From contig JBDKJY010000002.1 of NCBI GenBank assembly GCA_039796295.1, positions 49,931 through 113,930 of the forward strand: a stretch of DNA of 64,000 bases, written 5' to 3'. This document shows positions 49,222 through 60,833 of this stretch, one piece after another. A model generated the notes under the pieces. The model was not told the origin of the DNA. It made no database searches and saw only the letters and a list, made by a program, of their open reading frames with translations. The first letter of the stretch is position 1. Each line of letters opens with the position of its first letter. The translations under genes were made by a program, and so were the position numbers. Origin of the DNA: Verrucomicrobiota bacterium. Its GTDB lineage: Bacteria > Verrucomicrobiota > Verrucomicrobiia > Limisphaerales > SXTU01.

Positions 49222-51414
49222 ATGAACGAATCCATCGGCCGTCTCTCTCATCGCCACACCGCCGCGCTCGCGCTGGTGAACACCATCTTCCTCGCCGGCT
49301 TCGCCTCCGCGCAAAACACCAACACCCCGGTCAAACTCCCCACCGTCGTCGTCACCGGCGAGTCCGACGCGGACGCGAAGGTCCAGCCGCCCTTCCTCCC
49401 GGCGGTCGAGGGCACGCGCATTTACTCCGGCAAGAAGACCACCGTTCTGGACCTCGATGCGCTGCCGACCATCGTGAACAACAACTACCGGCAGGCCCTC
49501 GCGCTCACGCCTGGCCTGCTATTGAGCGAGGAGAGCACGCCGTTGGTGAGCATCGGCTATCGGGGCCTCTCGCCGAACCGCACGCAGTTCATGCAGGTGC
49601 TCAAGGACGGCATCCCCATCCACGCCGACATGCTCGGCTACCCGGAGGCTTACTACACGCCGCCGCTCGACACGGTGGACCGCATCGAGTTCATCCACGG
49701 CGGCGCATCGCTGATGTATGGCCCGCAGCCCGGCGGCGCACTGAACTACGTGACGCACCTGCCGCAGCGCGGGGCGAAGTTCACCGGCGGTTCGTCCCAA
49801 ATCTTCGGCAGCGACGGCCTTTACTCGACCTTCAACTACGCCAGCGGCACCGAGGGCCGCTTGGGCTACTACGCTTACTTCAACCACCGCCAAGCCGACG
49901 GCTTTCGCGCGGCCAACAGCGACGTGAGCCTCTACACCGGCAGTGTGAAGCTCGTGCTCGACGCGGACACGGATAGCCGGTGGATTTTCGCCTTCGATGG
50001 TTATCAGGAAGAACACGGCGAGCCGGGCGGCCTCTCGGTGGCCCCGGGGGCAAGTCTCGCGAGCTACTCCGCTGACCGGAGCGCTGCGACGCGGCTGTTC
50101 GACCGCTTCCGGCTGGAGCGCTTCGCTCCATCGCTGGCGTGGGAGAAGGATTTCAGCGAGGGCACCAAACTCGAACTGAAGGCGTGGGGCGGCTACTACT
50201 CGCGCTTCAGCAAGCGGCAGCGCACCGGCGGCGCAGGGGCCGTGACCGGGACGGCGACGTTCGGCGTAATTCCCAACGGAGCCAACGCCACCAGCAACAC
50301 CATCGAGTTCCAGGAGTTCTACACCGCCGCCGCCGAGGCCCGCCTGCGCCATGACTGGACGGTGGGCGACCACACCCACACCTTCGCCGCTGGCGTGATG
50401 CTCTACCACATGGACTCACCGCGCACCGACCAGCGCGGCTCCACGCCGGATGCGGAGACCGGCGCACTGCGCAACCAGAGCGACCGGGACATGCTCTACG
50501 CTCCCCTCTTCCTGGAGAACAAGTTCACCTTCGACAAGCTCTCCATCACGCCCGGCGTGCGCCTTGAGAACATCGTCCAAAGCGTCCGAGAGCGGGTGAA
50601 CGTGGACAAGACGCTCGCGACCACGCCGCTCGGCGTGAAGGACGAGCACGCCTTCGTCCCGCTGGTCGGCCTCGGATTGGAATACGAGCTGAAGCCCAAG
50701 GTCTCCGCCTACGCCAACGTCTCGCAGTCGTATCGCCCGGCAGTCTTCACCGAGGCGGTGCCGACCGGGGGGCTCGCGGTGGTGAACAACGACCTCGCGG
50801 AAGGCCAGAGCTGGCAATACGAGCTGGGCCTGCGCGGCCACCCGCAACCGTGGCTCACGTGGGACACGAGCTTGTTCTATCTGGATTTCGACAACCAAAT
50901 CGGGACCGTCGGCGCGACGGTGCAGAACGTGGGCCGGGCGATTCACCAAGGCTGGGAAGGCGCGGTTGAGCTAGACCTCGTCGGGCTTTACGACCAGTTG
51001 AACAAGACCGATGCCGCGGACCGCTGGGGTTCCCTCAGCCTTTACGGGAATTTGATGCTGCTCGACGCCCAGTTCAAAGGCGGCGCGAACAACGGCAAGG
51101 CCCCGCAATACGCCGCCGAGTATCTGCTCCGCACCGGCCTGAACTACCGCTGGCGTGACCGCGCGAAGGTGTCACTGCTGGGCACGTTCGTGGACGACCA
51201 CTTCGCCGATGACGGCAACACCGCCGCCTTCCAGGTGCCGGCCTACATGACCTGGGACCTCACGGCGGAGTTCAAGATCTATAAGGAGAGCGTCAGTCTC
51301 CTCGCGGGTGTGAACAATCTGTTCAACGAGGACTACTACGCACGCGTCACTGGCAGCGGCATCGACCCGGCCTACGGGCGCAACTACTACGTCGGCGTGG
51401 CGGTGAAGTTTTGA
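49222..51414 (+). CDS. TonB-dependent receptor (FecA-like)
   Basis: TonB-box TVVVTG, plug DRIEFIHGGASLMYG, NNLFNEDYY, terminal Phe. Confidence 0.92.
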   Translation: MNESIGRLSHRHTAALALVNTIFLAGFASAQNTNTPVKLPTVVVTGESDADAKVQPPFLPAVEGTRIYSGKKTTVLDLDALPTIVNNNYRQALALTPGLLLSEESTPLVSIGYRGLSPNRTQFMQVLKDGIPIHADMLGYPEAYYTPPLDTVDRIEFIHGGASLMYGPQPGGALNYVTHLPQRGAKFTGGSSQIFGSDGLYSTFNYASGTEGRLGYYAYFNHRQADGFRAANSDVSLYTGSVKLVLDADTDSRWIFAFDGYQEEHGEPGGLSVAPGASLASYSADRSAATRLFDRFRLERFAPSLAWEKDFSEGTKLELKAWGGYYSRFSKRQRTGGAGAVTGTATFGVIPNGANATSNTIEFQEFYTAAAEARLRHDWTVGDHTHTFAAGVMLYHMDSPRTDQRGSTPDAETGALRNQSDRDMLYAPLFLENKFTFDKLSITPGVRLENIVQSVRERVNVDKTLATTPLGVKDEHAFVPLVGLGLEYELKPKVSAYANVSQSYRPAVFTEAVPTGGLAVVNNDLAEGQSWQYELGLRGHPQPWLTWDTSLFYLDFDNQIGTVGATVQNVGRAIHQGWEGAVELDLVGLYDQLNKTDAADRWGSLSLYGNLMLLDAQFKGGANNGKAPQYAAEYLLRTGLNYRWRDRAKVSLLGTFVDDHFADDGNTAAFQVPAYMTWDLTAEFKIYKESVSLLAGVNNLFNEDYYARVTGSGIDPAYGRNYYVGVAVKF

Positions 51415-51465
51415 GCGGGGGCGAGGCGGAACTCCCGACCGGCGGCCACTGTAGCTCCACCCGCG

Positions 51466-52218
51466 TCACAAATATTTTTCCGCCCAGTCCGGCGTGCAGG
51501 GCTGGCCGGCGATGAAGTCGGTGAACCACGCTTCCGGATCCGCGCGGAACTCCCAGTCGCGCGCGCGCCAGGTGAAGCGGAGCTGCGTGGCGTGCAGGGC
51601 CTGACAGGGCAGGATGAGCCGAGTGCGTTGCTCCGCCGTAAGCTGGCGCAGGACGAAATCGAGGTAGAGCCGCTCGTCGCCGCCGTAGAGCTTGTCTCCG
51701 ACGAGCGGATGGCCGAGATGCTGAAGGTGGATGCGGATCTGATGCTTGCGCCCACTGTGCGGGCGGACGCGCAGCAGGGTGAAGTCACCCTCGGCCCGCG
51801 TGAAGCGACGCTCCACGGCAAACTCCGTCTTCGCCACCGCGCCGTCGGGGCGCACGCAGTCCTTGATGGAGATGATGGCTTGCTCGTCCTTGCCCAGCGC
51901 GGCTTCACACGTCGCCGTGTCGGGAGCGAAGTGGCCGTGGGCGATGGCGAGGTATTCCTTTTCCACCTTGCGCAGCGCGAAGAGTTTCTTAAGCGCCGCA
52001 TCGGCCTCCGGGCTTTTCGCGATGAGGATGACGCCGCTGGTCTCGCGGTCGAGGCGGTTGACGAGGTGCGCGGAGCCGGCGTTGCCGAGATGCAGACGGA
52101 CGCGGCTGATGAGGCTGGAATACACGTCGCCCTTGGTGGGATGGCAGACGAGGCCGGCGGGCTTGTTGATGGCCAGCAGGTCGGCGTCTTCGTGGAGGAT
52201 GGGAAACAGTTCGGCCAC
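51466..52218 (-). CDS. RluA family pseudouridine synthase
   Basis: NKPAGL, NRLDRETSG, GRKHQIR, GDKLYG. Confidence 0.92.
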   Translation of the reverse strand: MAELFPILHEDADLLAINKPAGLVCHPTKGDVYSSLISRVRLHLGNAGSAHLVNRLDRETSGVILIAKSPEADAALKKLFALRKVEKEYLAIAHGHFAPDTATCEAALGKDEQAIISIKDCVRPDGAVAKTEFAVERRFTRAEGDFTLLRVRPHSGRKHQIRIHLQHLGHPLVGDKLYGGDERLYLDFVLRQLTAEQRTRLILPCQALHATQLRFTWRARDWEFRADPEAWFTDFIAGQPCTPDWAEKYL

Positions 52219-52566
52219 CGGCGAAGCTTTGGACTAGGAACCTGCGCTGGCTAGCACCAATCCCCGGCCAAGGAGGGGAGGAGGGGGGGGGGAGGGCGCG
52301 CTGCTAAACGGATTCCGAGCGTGGACGAGAGCGGAGCGCGGGCTGCCAGCCCGCTTTGCGCTCACTGCGCCGCCAACGGTTCGGCCAGCCGGTTCCCTGC
52401 CGCCGCGCAAAGCGGCCCGGCGGGCCGCGCTCCAGAGCCGTCTCGGACTGCCCCCCGGCAAGCGACCCATGAAGCGCCCCTTCCTGCCCTCCTGATAATA
52501 CTTTCCGCCCCTCCTCGTCGCAGTTTGCCCTTTGAACCCAAGTCCGTCGCCGTATCATCCGCGCCC

Positions 52567-53163
52567 GTGAATCGAACCGTTCTCCTTCCCGCGCTGCTAC
52601 TGGCGGCGTTTGCGCTCACGCGCTGGCCGGGAGTGATGCCCGCGAACTTCAGCCTCGGATACGCGCTGGTATTTTGCGCCGGGGCGTTCCCGCGTCGGCT
52701 CCCGTGGTGGGCGGTGTTCGGCACGTTGGTCGGCACGGACATCGGGTTGAACGTCCTCTACTATAACGAGCCGCCGCTGGCGGATTACCACTTGGTGAAC
52801 TACCTCGGCTTCGGCGTGCTCTACCTGCTCGGCCGGCGACTCGCCCGCCACGCCTCCGTGCTGAAGCACATCGGCGGCAGCTTGCTCGGTGCAATTCTCT
52901 TCTACCTCATCACGAACACCGGCGCGTGGCTGGAAAGCCCCGTTTACGCCAAGTCGCTCGCCGAGTGGTTCCGCGCGCTCACCACGGGCACGAACGGCTG
53001 GCCGGAGACGTGGACCTTCTTCCGCAACACACTGTTGAGCAGCGGCCTTTTCGCCGGGCTGATCAGCGCCTTGTTCCAATTGGTCGAGGCCAAGGAACCG
53101 GAACCGGAGGAGGAAACGGAGCCGGAAACCGCGCCGGAAGCCACCCCCGAGGAAGCCAAGTAG
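52567..53163 (+). CDS. DUF6580-like membrane protein (putative transporter component)
   Basis: PANFS, FYLITN, PFF-like TWTFFRNTL; acidic tail. Confidence 0.7.
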   Translation: MNRTVLLPALLLAAFALTRWPGVMPANFSLGYALVFCAGAFPRRLPWWAVFGTLVGTDIGLNVLYYNEPPLADYHLVNYLGFGVLYLLGRRLARHASVLKHIGGSLLGAILFYLITNTGAWLESPVYAKSLAEWFRALTTGTNGWPETWTFFRNTLLSSGLFAGLISALFQLVEAKEPEPEEETEPETAPEATPEEAK

Positions 53164-53188
53164 CCGTGTTGCCGACCGCGCCGTCCCC

Positions 53189-53683
53189 ATGACCATCCGC
53201 CCCGCCACCCGCGCCGACTGCCCGGGCATCCTCGCCATCTACAACGACGCGGTGCTGACGACTACCGCGACCTACGACTACGAGCCACGCACGCTGGAGC
53301 AACGACAGCTCTGGTTCGATGACCACGCGCGCGACGGCTACGCGGTCTTCGTGGCAGAGGATGACGCCGGGCGCATCGTGGGCTGGAGCGCGCTAAACCC
53401 CTATCATGCCCGGCCCGGCTACCGCTTCACTTCGGAGAACTCCGTTTACGTCGCGGCTGACCTGCGGGGCCGGGGCTTGGGGAAACTGCTCCTCGCGCCG
53501 CTGATTGATGCCGCGCGAGCACGGGGCTTGCACGCCATCATCGCGGCGATTGACGCGACGAACGAGGTGAGCATCAGCCTGCACGCGCAGTTCGGCTTCG
53601 TCCAAGTCGGCCACTTCAAGCAGGTGGGCTACAAGTTCGACCGCTGGCTGGACGTGGTTTATCTGGAGCGATTGTTGGCGTAA
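53189..53683 (+). CDS. GNAT N-acetyltransferase (YncA/phosphinothricin acetyltransferase-like)
   Basis: IYNDAV..TTATY, ENSVYV...RGRGLG, GYKFDRWLD. Confidence 0.92.
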   Translation: MTIRPATRADCPGILAIYNDAVLTTTATYDYEPRTLEQRQLWFDDHARDGYAVFVAEDDAGRIVGWSALNPYHARPGYRFTSENSVYVAADLRGRGLGKLLLAPLIDAARARGLHAIIAAIDATNEVSISLHAQFGFVQVGHFKQVGYKFDRWLDVVYLERLLA

Positions 53684-53870
53684 CCGCTGCCACCGCAGGC
53701 CCCCGAACTGGGAGCGCGGCTCCCCTCAGCCGCTGCCCGGTCCGTTCGCCTCGCAGCGCACCTTGCACCAAACACCGCTGGTGGCGTCGCAGCTTGCTGC
53801 GGCTGGGACAGCAGCGCTCCCAGTTCAGTGCAACCCTTCGCAAGCCTCGGCAACCCGCCGAGGCAATCCC

Positions 53871-54875
53871 TCACGCCGCCTTCACTTCGGCGGGCGACCC
53901 CGGCTCCACCTTGTCCTCAGCCGCCAGCCGAGACGTTTCCATCTTGACGTAGTGGAGGATGACCGGCGCGAGGATCATGCCCGGCACGCCCATGAGCCGT
54001 TCGCCGAGGATCAAGCCCAGCAGTGTCATCCACATCGGGTTTTGGATGCGCTTGCCGATGATCTTGCTGTTCAGGAAATACTCGAGCTTGTGGACGATCA
54101 CGAGGAAGGCCAGCGCGCCCAAAGCGTGCTGCGGGTCCACCGTCAGCCCCACGCAGACGATGAGGGTGTTGCTGATGATGTTACCGAGGATGGGCAGCAG
54201 GCCGCAGAGGAACGTCACCACGATGAGCAGGTGCCAGTAGGGAAAGCCGACGGCGAAGAGGAAGATGCCGGTGAACACCGTGTTGATGGACGAGATGATG
54301 ATCTGCGCACCCATCACGGTGTGGAAACTTTGATAAAACAGCTCGAACCGCCGACCGATCTCGTCGGCGGTGCTGGAGTAGAGGTTGTCCTTCAGCGTGT
54401 GTTTGTCGCGGTCAATGACGATGGCCGAGTTGTCGAAGAGGCTGATCGCCACCACCATGCCGATGACGACGAAGGCCATCTGCCGAAGGAGGTTCGTCCC
54501 CGCCAGCCCCACCACCCCAAAGCGCTCCATCGCTTCGACCTTGATGAGCGCCATCAGACCAGCCAAGTCCTTGAAGGGTAGTTCGACTCCCCAGCTCCCC
54601 AAGTAGTCCACCAGTTTGGGAATGAGCTGTTCACTGATCTGAGGGGCTACCACCAGCGTTTTCGCCAAAAAGATCAGCACCCCCAGGCACACCGCTGTGA
54701 CCGCGATCAAAAACAGCGAGACCGCCAGCGACTTACTGCGGCCCTTGAAGCTGAAGACGTGCAGGAGGAAGAAGGAGAACAGGACCGTCAGCAACGGCGT
54801 GGCCAGGCCCATGACCGCCACGATCAGGAGCAGTCCAGCCATGAAACCGTAGGAGATGCGAGTGGGTCGGTTCAT
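53871..54875 (-). CDS. AI-2E family transporter
   Basis: Multi-TM; LLPILGN, HKLEYFLNSKIIG, GMILAP. Confidence 0.88.
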   Translation of the reverse strand: MNRPTRISYGFMAGLLLIVAVMGLATPLLTVLFSFFLLHVFSFKGRSKSLAVSLFLIAVTAVCLGVLIFLAKTLVVAPQISEQLIPKLVDYLGSWGVELPFKDLAGLMALIKVEAMERFGVVGLAGTNLLRQMAFVVIGMVVAISLFDNSAIVIDRDKHTLKDNLYSSTADEIGRRFELFYQSFHTVMGAQIIISSINTVFTGIFLFAVGFPYWHLLIVVTFLCGLLPILGNIISNTLIVCVGLTVDPQHALGALAFLVIVHKLEYFLNSKIIGKRIQNPMWMTLLGLILGERLMGVPGMILAPVILHYVKMETSRLAAEDKVEPGSPAEVKAA

Positions 54876-55093
54876 GTAGTTGGGCGGAGCCTAACAAGAG
54901 CGCTGATGAGGGACACGCACTAAATCCGTGGCCACGCTCACTGGGCGCGGCTTGCCCCCCGCATGACGTCGAAGCGCGGGACTGCGTCCCGCAAGCGATG
55001 CCCGAATCCGGAAGCCGTTGGTCAGGCCAAGCGTCCTCGGCGGGCGCGAGCTGCTGCGGGCAACAAACCCGGGCTCCTGAGGCTGCGCCCCGC

Positions 55094-56053
55094 TCACTTG
55101 CGCCACGCCACCTTCGGCGGCTCCGGCAAGCCCTGCGCCCGCAGCGCCGTGCGGAAGTGCATCTTCCCCACCCGCGCCAGCGCCGCGACTCCCTGCTGCT
55201 CGAAAATCTGCTTCGCCACCTTGTCCACCGCCGAGGACGCCCCCTTCGGCAGCTCCACGCCAATCTCCCGACCCAGCCGTGCCAAGCCCGTGACGAACTC
55301 GTGCCGCGCCAAAATGGACGCCGCCGCCACCGCCAAGTCCGCCTCCGCCTTGTGCCGCTGCACAATCTTCAACTTCAAGCCCCGTGCCTTCGCCTCCCGC
55401 GCCACGGTCGTCTCCGTGGCAGCGAACTGGTCAATGATCGCGTGTTCCGGCGGCGGGTTCAGATGATGCGCCGGGTCGAGCACGGCGAGGATAGAGTTCA
55501 CGTGCCCCTTCGCCAGCAGCGGGTTCAGGCTCCCGATGTCGCGGTAGCGCTGGTTGTAATTCACCCCGCCGAGCGAGAGCACCTCGTTGTGGCAGCCGGG
55601 CGTTTCGCGAATCACCTTCGCCAGGTCCGCGATGCGCCGGTCGCTGCCGATGTTCTTCGAGTCCTGGATGCCGGCGTCCTGCCACGCGCGCACCACCGAC
55701 TCGTTCACATACACCGCCGCCACGCACAGCGGCCCGAAGAAATCGCCCTTGCCCGACTCGTCCACGCCGATGCGCGCCACGAACATCTCCGGGTGCAAAA
55801 CCGCTTCGTAGCCCACCTCCGCGCGCTTGAGAATCTCCGGCTCCAGCACGAACTCGACGAATTCCTGCGTGCCCTTGCCCTGCACGACCAGCTTCCCGCT
55901 CTCGTAGAACACGACGTTCAACTTGTCCTTCTCCCCCGCGAACCGCGCGTAAGGCACCGTGCGCGGCTTGAAGCCGTGTTCGCGCAGGTGTGCGTCCAGC
56001 GCGGTGGCCTGCTCGTCTGTCAGCTTGCAAGTGTGCATCGTCAGTGGTTTCAC
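55094..56053 (-). CDS. rnhC: Ribonuclease HIII
   Basis: N-terminal TBP-like domain (YESGKLVVQG); IGVDESGKGDFFGPL, DSK, AAASILAR. Confidence 0.92.
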   Translation of the reverse strand: MKPLTMHTCKLTDEQATALDAHLREHGFKPRTVPYARFAGEKDKLNVVFYESGKLVVQGKGTQEFVEFVLEPEILKRAEVGYEAVLHPEMFVARIGVDESGKGDFFGPLCVAAVYVNESVVRAWQDAGIQDSKNIGSDRRIADLAKVIRETPGCHNEVLSLGGVNYNQRYRDIGSLNPLLAKGHVNSILAVLDPAHHLNPPPEHAIIDQFAATETTVAREAKARGLKLKIVQRHKAEADLAVAAASILARHEFVTGLARLGREIGVELPKGASSAVDKVAKQIFEQQGVAALARVGKMHFRTALRAQGLPEPPKVAWRK

Positions 56054-56060
56054 GCGGCGA

Positions 56061-56218
56061 GTTTCGAGTCTTGAGTTTTGAGTTTCGAGTGCAAACTTCG
56101 CGCCCGTGCCGAGACCGCCTGACAGTTCTGAGTTCAAAGTTCCGAGTTCAAAGTCGCGCCCCGCTCTCACCACGCGCTCGGTCATTCCCTATTCCCCATT
56201 CCCCATTCCCCATTCCCT
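56061..56218. repeat. Three 7-bp tandem arrays
   Basis: gtttcga-like x4 (56061-56088), agttc-based x4 (56124-56151), attcccc x5 (56184-56218). Confidence 0.8.
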
Positions 56219-57311
56219 CGTTTCCTCCCTCCTCGACTGGTTCGCCGCCGCCGCGCGTGACCTCCCGTGGCGGCGCACGTTGCACCCCTATGCGATTTGG
56301 GTTTCGGAAATCATGCTTCAGCAAACCCAGGTGAAGACGGTCATCCCGTATTGGGAGCGCTGGATGAAGGAGTTGCCGGACATCGCCGCGCTCGCCGCCG
56401 CGCCTGAGCAACGCGTGCTCAAACTCTGGGAAGGCCTCGGCTACTACACGCGCGTCCGCAACCTCCAGAAGGCCGCGCAGCACATCGTCGCCGCGCACGC
56501 CGGCCAGTTCCCCCGTGACTTCGACGCCATCCTCGCGTTACCCGGCGTGGGCCGCTACACGGCCGGTGCGGTGGCCAGCATCGCCTTCAACCAAGCCGTC
56601 CCCATCCTCGACGGCAACGTCATCCGCGTCCTCACCCGCCTCCACGCCCTCACCGGCAACCCGCGCGACAAAGCCACGAACACCCACCTCTGGCAGCTCG
56701 CCGCGCAACTCGTCAAAGCCGCCGCCGACTCCCAACTCTCAACTCTCAACTCTCAACTTCAGCTCTCCGGTCCCTGCTCCGCCCTCAACCAGTCGCTCAT
56801 GGAACTCGGCGCGACCGTCTGCACGCCGCAGAACCCGGCGTGTCCTCACTGCCCCGTGCGCGTCCACTGCGTCGCGCACCGCGAAGGACGGGTGAGCGAA
56901 TTGCCGAACCTCGCCCCACGCGCAGTGACCACGCGCCGCGAGTTCCACACCTTCGTCGTCGAGCGCGACGCGCAATTCCTCGTGACGCAGCGGCCCGCTG
57001 GAGTTGTGAACGCCGCCTTGTGGGAGTTTCCGAACCTGGAAGTGACCGGCCAGCACCTCAGCCCGGCGGCCTCGCTGAAGCAGCGCCTGCAACTCACCGC
57101 TCGCTGCGAGCCGTTCTGCGAGGTTCAGCACACCATCACCCGCTACCGCATCACGCAGCGCGTCTTCCGGATGGAGTTGAAGGGGAGCCTAGTTGCGGCA
57201 GCCCCGTCCCGCTGGCTCCCGCTCGCCGAACTGCACCACCTCCCCTTCACCAGCGCGCACAAGCGCATCCTCACTCGTCTCGACCGCTCTCAGCCTGAGC
57301 CAGGCAGTTGA
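56106..57311 (+). CDS. mutY: A/G-specific adenine glycosylase MutY
   Basis: RDLPWR, WVSEIMLQQT, WEGLGYY, LPGVGRYTA, DGNV, C-X6-C-X2-C-X5-C; start uncertain. Confidence 0.94.
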   Translation: MPRPPDSSEFKVPSSKSRPALTTRSVIPYSPFPIPHSLVSSLLDWFAAAARDLPWRRTLHPYAIWVSEIMLQQTQVKTVIPYWERWMKELPDIAALAAAPEQRVLKLWEGLGYYTRVRNLQKAAQHIVAAHAGQFPRDFDAILALPGVGRYTAGAVASIAFNQAVPILDGNVIRVLTRLHALTGNPRDKATNTHLWQLAAQLVKAAADSQLSTLNSQLQLSGPCSALNQSLMELGATVCTPQNPACPHCPVRVHCVAHREGRVSELPNLAPRAVTTRREFHTFVVERDAQFLVTQRPAGVVNAALWEFPNLEVTGQHLSPAASLKQRLQLTARCEPFCEVQHTITRYRITQRVFRMELKGSLVAAAPSRWLPLAELHHLPFTSAHKRILTRLDRSQPEPGS

Positions 57312-57455
57312 AAAATCCCGAAAGGACCACCGAGCGGCGATGGACAAAGAGGCTGGCACCGTTGGGGCTGGCTTCCGAAAATCGCCCTGCGGTTGGAATT
57401 CTCTGGGTTCATCGTGTCTCTGTGGTCCATCGCGGTGTTCCACCGCATCGTTGGC

Positions 57456-58600
<1,145 letters not shown>

Positions 58601-58604
<4 letters not shown>

Positions 58605-59536
58605 GCTGTTTCGCCACCTTCTATCTTCTCTCCGCGATTCTCTTTCCCACCGCGCCACTTCCCTTCCTTCCAGCGGTTATGCACCCAGAACCAATTCGCC
58701 GGGTCGCGGCGGATGGCGACCTCGAAGGCGCGGTTCATATCGCGCGCCATGTCCTCGGCGGGACGCGGTTGGCCGTGCAGGTGCGTGGGAATCTCGTCGC
58801 CCACCTCGATGCGCCAGCGCCCCGGCGCGACGCGGTAGCAAATCGTGGTGAAGAGCGGGCAGCCGTAGCGCAGCGCGAGCACGCCCGGGGCAACACTCGT
58901 GGAGCAATCGCGCCCGAAGAACGGCAATCGCACGCCCCGGTCGCCCGCGTGCTGGTCCGTGAAAAGGCCCAGCATCATGCCGGGGCGGTTCATGGCGGTT
59001 TTCAGCGCGTCGGCATCCTTGCGCCGCTCAAAGAAGAGACTGCCAGACTGCTCGCGCAACTCCTGCATCACGCGCGTCAGCCCCGCCTGCCGCAACCCGC
59101 GATAGGTCGTCGCCACTTGGTAGCCGGGGCAGAACAAGGCGGAGCGCCCCAGTAGTTCAAAGTTCGCGAAGTGCCCCACTGCGCACACGACACTGGGCGG
59201 CGACTGTCCCGGCGTGGGCTTGGGAAATTTCTCCGCGCCCACGAACTCCGTCACAGCGCGGATGCCCTCGGCGTCGAAGCTCGCTGTCTTCACTGCGCAA
59301 GCAAAGCTCTCGCCGATGCGCCGGAAGTTCTCGCGGGACAGCGCGCGCACCTCGGCGGCAGTTCGCTCCGGGAAACACTCCGCTATGTTCCGCTGGGCGA
59401 CCTTGCGATGCCGCCCGTCCAACGCATGCGCCACGGCCCCGAACGTGCGCCCCAGCCACGCCACGGTCCCCAACGGCAGCGCTTGCAAGAGCGCGACCAC
59501 GGTGCGGGCGAGGATGGTGAGGGCGGTGTCCGTCAC
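58601..59536 (-). CDS. Lipid A biosynthesis acyltransferase (LpxL/HtrB family)
   Basis: GHFANFE, DQ, FFG, PANWFWVHNRWK; coupled to waaF. Confidence 0.9.
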
Positions 59537-59792
59537 AACCTCGGCAGGCTAGCCAATTCACCGGCGAAACCCAAATTGCAATTCGCCTCGCTTCCGCACT
59601 TGCAGGGAAAACGCACGGATGAAGCCTGATTCACACGGAGGAAAACCACTTTCGGCGACCAGCACCAACGGCGTCTGCCTCCGTGCCCATCGCGTCTCTG
59701 CTGTCCCCTTGGGTTTCCCAACTAAATGGCCCCCGCTTCGCCCTCAGCCTCCGAGCATTGCGGTGCGGTGGACCTTTTGCCAGTATCCCTTC

Positions 59793-60803
59793 ATGAACAT
59801 TGCCCTGCGTCCCTTGCTCCTCGGCCTCGCTGCCAGCGCTACCCTTACCACGTTGCGCGCTCAAGTGCCCACTGACCTCGCCGTGCCCACCGCGCAACGC
59901 GATGCCGCGGGCGTCATCACGCTGACCTGCTCCACGCCCGGCGCGGTTATTCGCTACAGCATTGATGGCTCGGACCCGGGGCCGAAGGGCGGGCCTTACC
60001 TCGCGCCCATTGCGCTCCCGTCCGGCGGCACGGTGAAGGCCCGCGCTTACTCCGAGGACCGGAAACAGCGGAGCGAACTTTTGGAGGCGAAGTTCGCCGC
60101 CCTCCCCGGCGCGAAACCTCTGCCTTCCTCCCTCGTCCCTTGCACTCAGGATCGGGACTGGCCGACTTACGATTGGGCCAAGCGCCACGCCGCCGTCACC
60201 AAAATCACCACTGACCGGCAAGCCTCCCTCGTCTTCATCGGAGACTCCATTACCCAGATGTTTGGCGGTGCGCCGCACGACCGGGGGCAGCCCGGCAAGG
60301 ACATTTGGGAAAAGTTCTACGCCAAACGCAGCGTCTCCAACCTCGGCTTCGGCTACGACTACTTGGAAAACACCCTCTGGCGCTTGCAACACGGCGAGTT
60401 GGACGGTGCCAAGGCCAAGGCCATCGTTATGCACATCGGCACGAACAACGCCGGGAAGAACACCCCCGAGGAAATCGCCGCCGGCGTCCGCGCCTTGCTC
60501 GAAGAGATCCGCCAGCGGCAGCCCCAAGCCCACATCCTTCTCATGGCCATCTTCCCGCGCGGCCCAAAGCCCGATGCCATGCGCGCCAAGCTCGACACCA
60601 CGAACAAGTTGCTCGCCGAAGTCGCCCAGTCCGCGCCGAACCAAATCACGTTCCTCGACATCGGCGCGAAGTTTCTCCAGCCCGACGGCACTATCGCGAA
60701 GGAAATCATGGGCGACTACTTGCACCCTAGCGCGAAGGGTTACGAGTTGTGGGCCGAAGCCATTGAACCCCACTTGGTGAAGTTGCTGGGCGAAGCCAAG
60801 TAA
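59793..60803 (+). CDS. SGNH/GDSL hydrolase with N-terminal chitobiase/Fn3-associated domain
   Basis: Signal peptide; IRYSIDGSDP; FIGDSIT, IGTNN, DYLHP. Confidence 0.88.
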   Translation: MNIALRPLLLGLAASATLTTLRAQVPTDLAVPTAQRDAAGVITLTCSTPGAVIRYSIDGSDPGPKGGPYLAPIALPSGGTVKARAYSEDRKQRSELLEAKFAALPGAKPLPSSLVPCTQDRDWPTYDWAKRHAAVTKITTDRQASLVFIGDSITQMFGGAPHDRGQPGKDIWEKFYAKRSVSNLGFGYDYLENTLWRLQHGELDGAKAKAIVMHIGTNNAGKNTPEEIAAGVRALLEEIRQRQPQAHILLMAIFPRGPKPDAMRAKLDTTNKLLAEVAQSAPNQITFLDIGAKFLQPDGTIAKEIMGDYLHPSAKGYELWAEAIEPHLVKLLGEAK

Positions 60804-60833
60804 ACCGCCGTCCTCTCCACCCCGGCCCAAGTC

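Noticed and set aside
52230-52566. Cobalamin riboswitch upstream of the DUF6580-like gene
   Set aside because: No B12-box consensus visible; the region is explained by REP-like repeats and a promoter.
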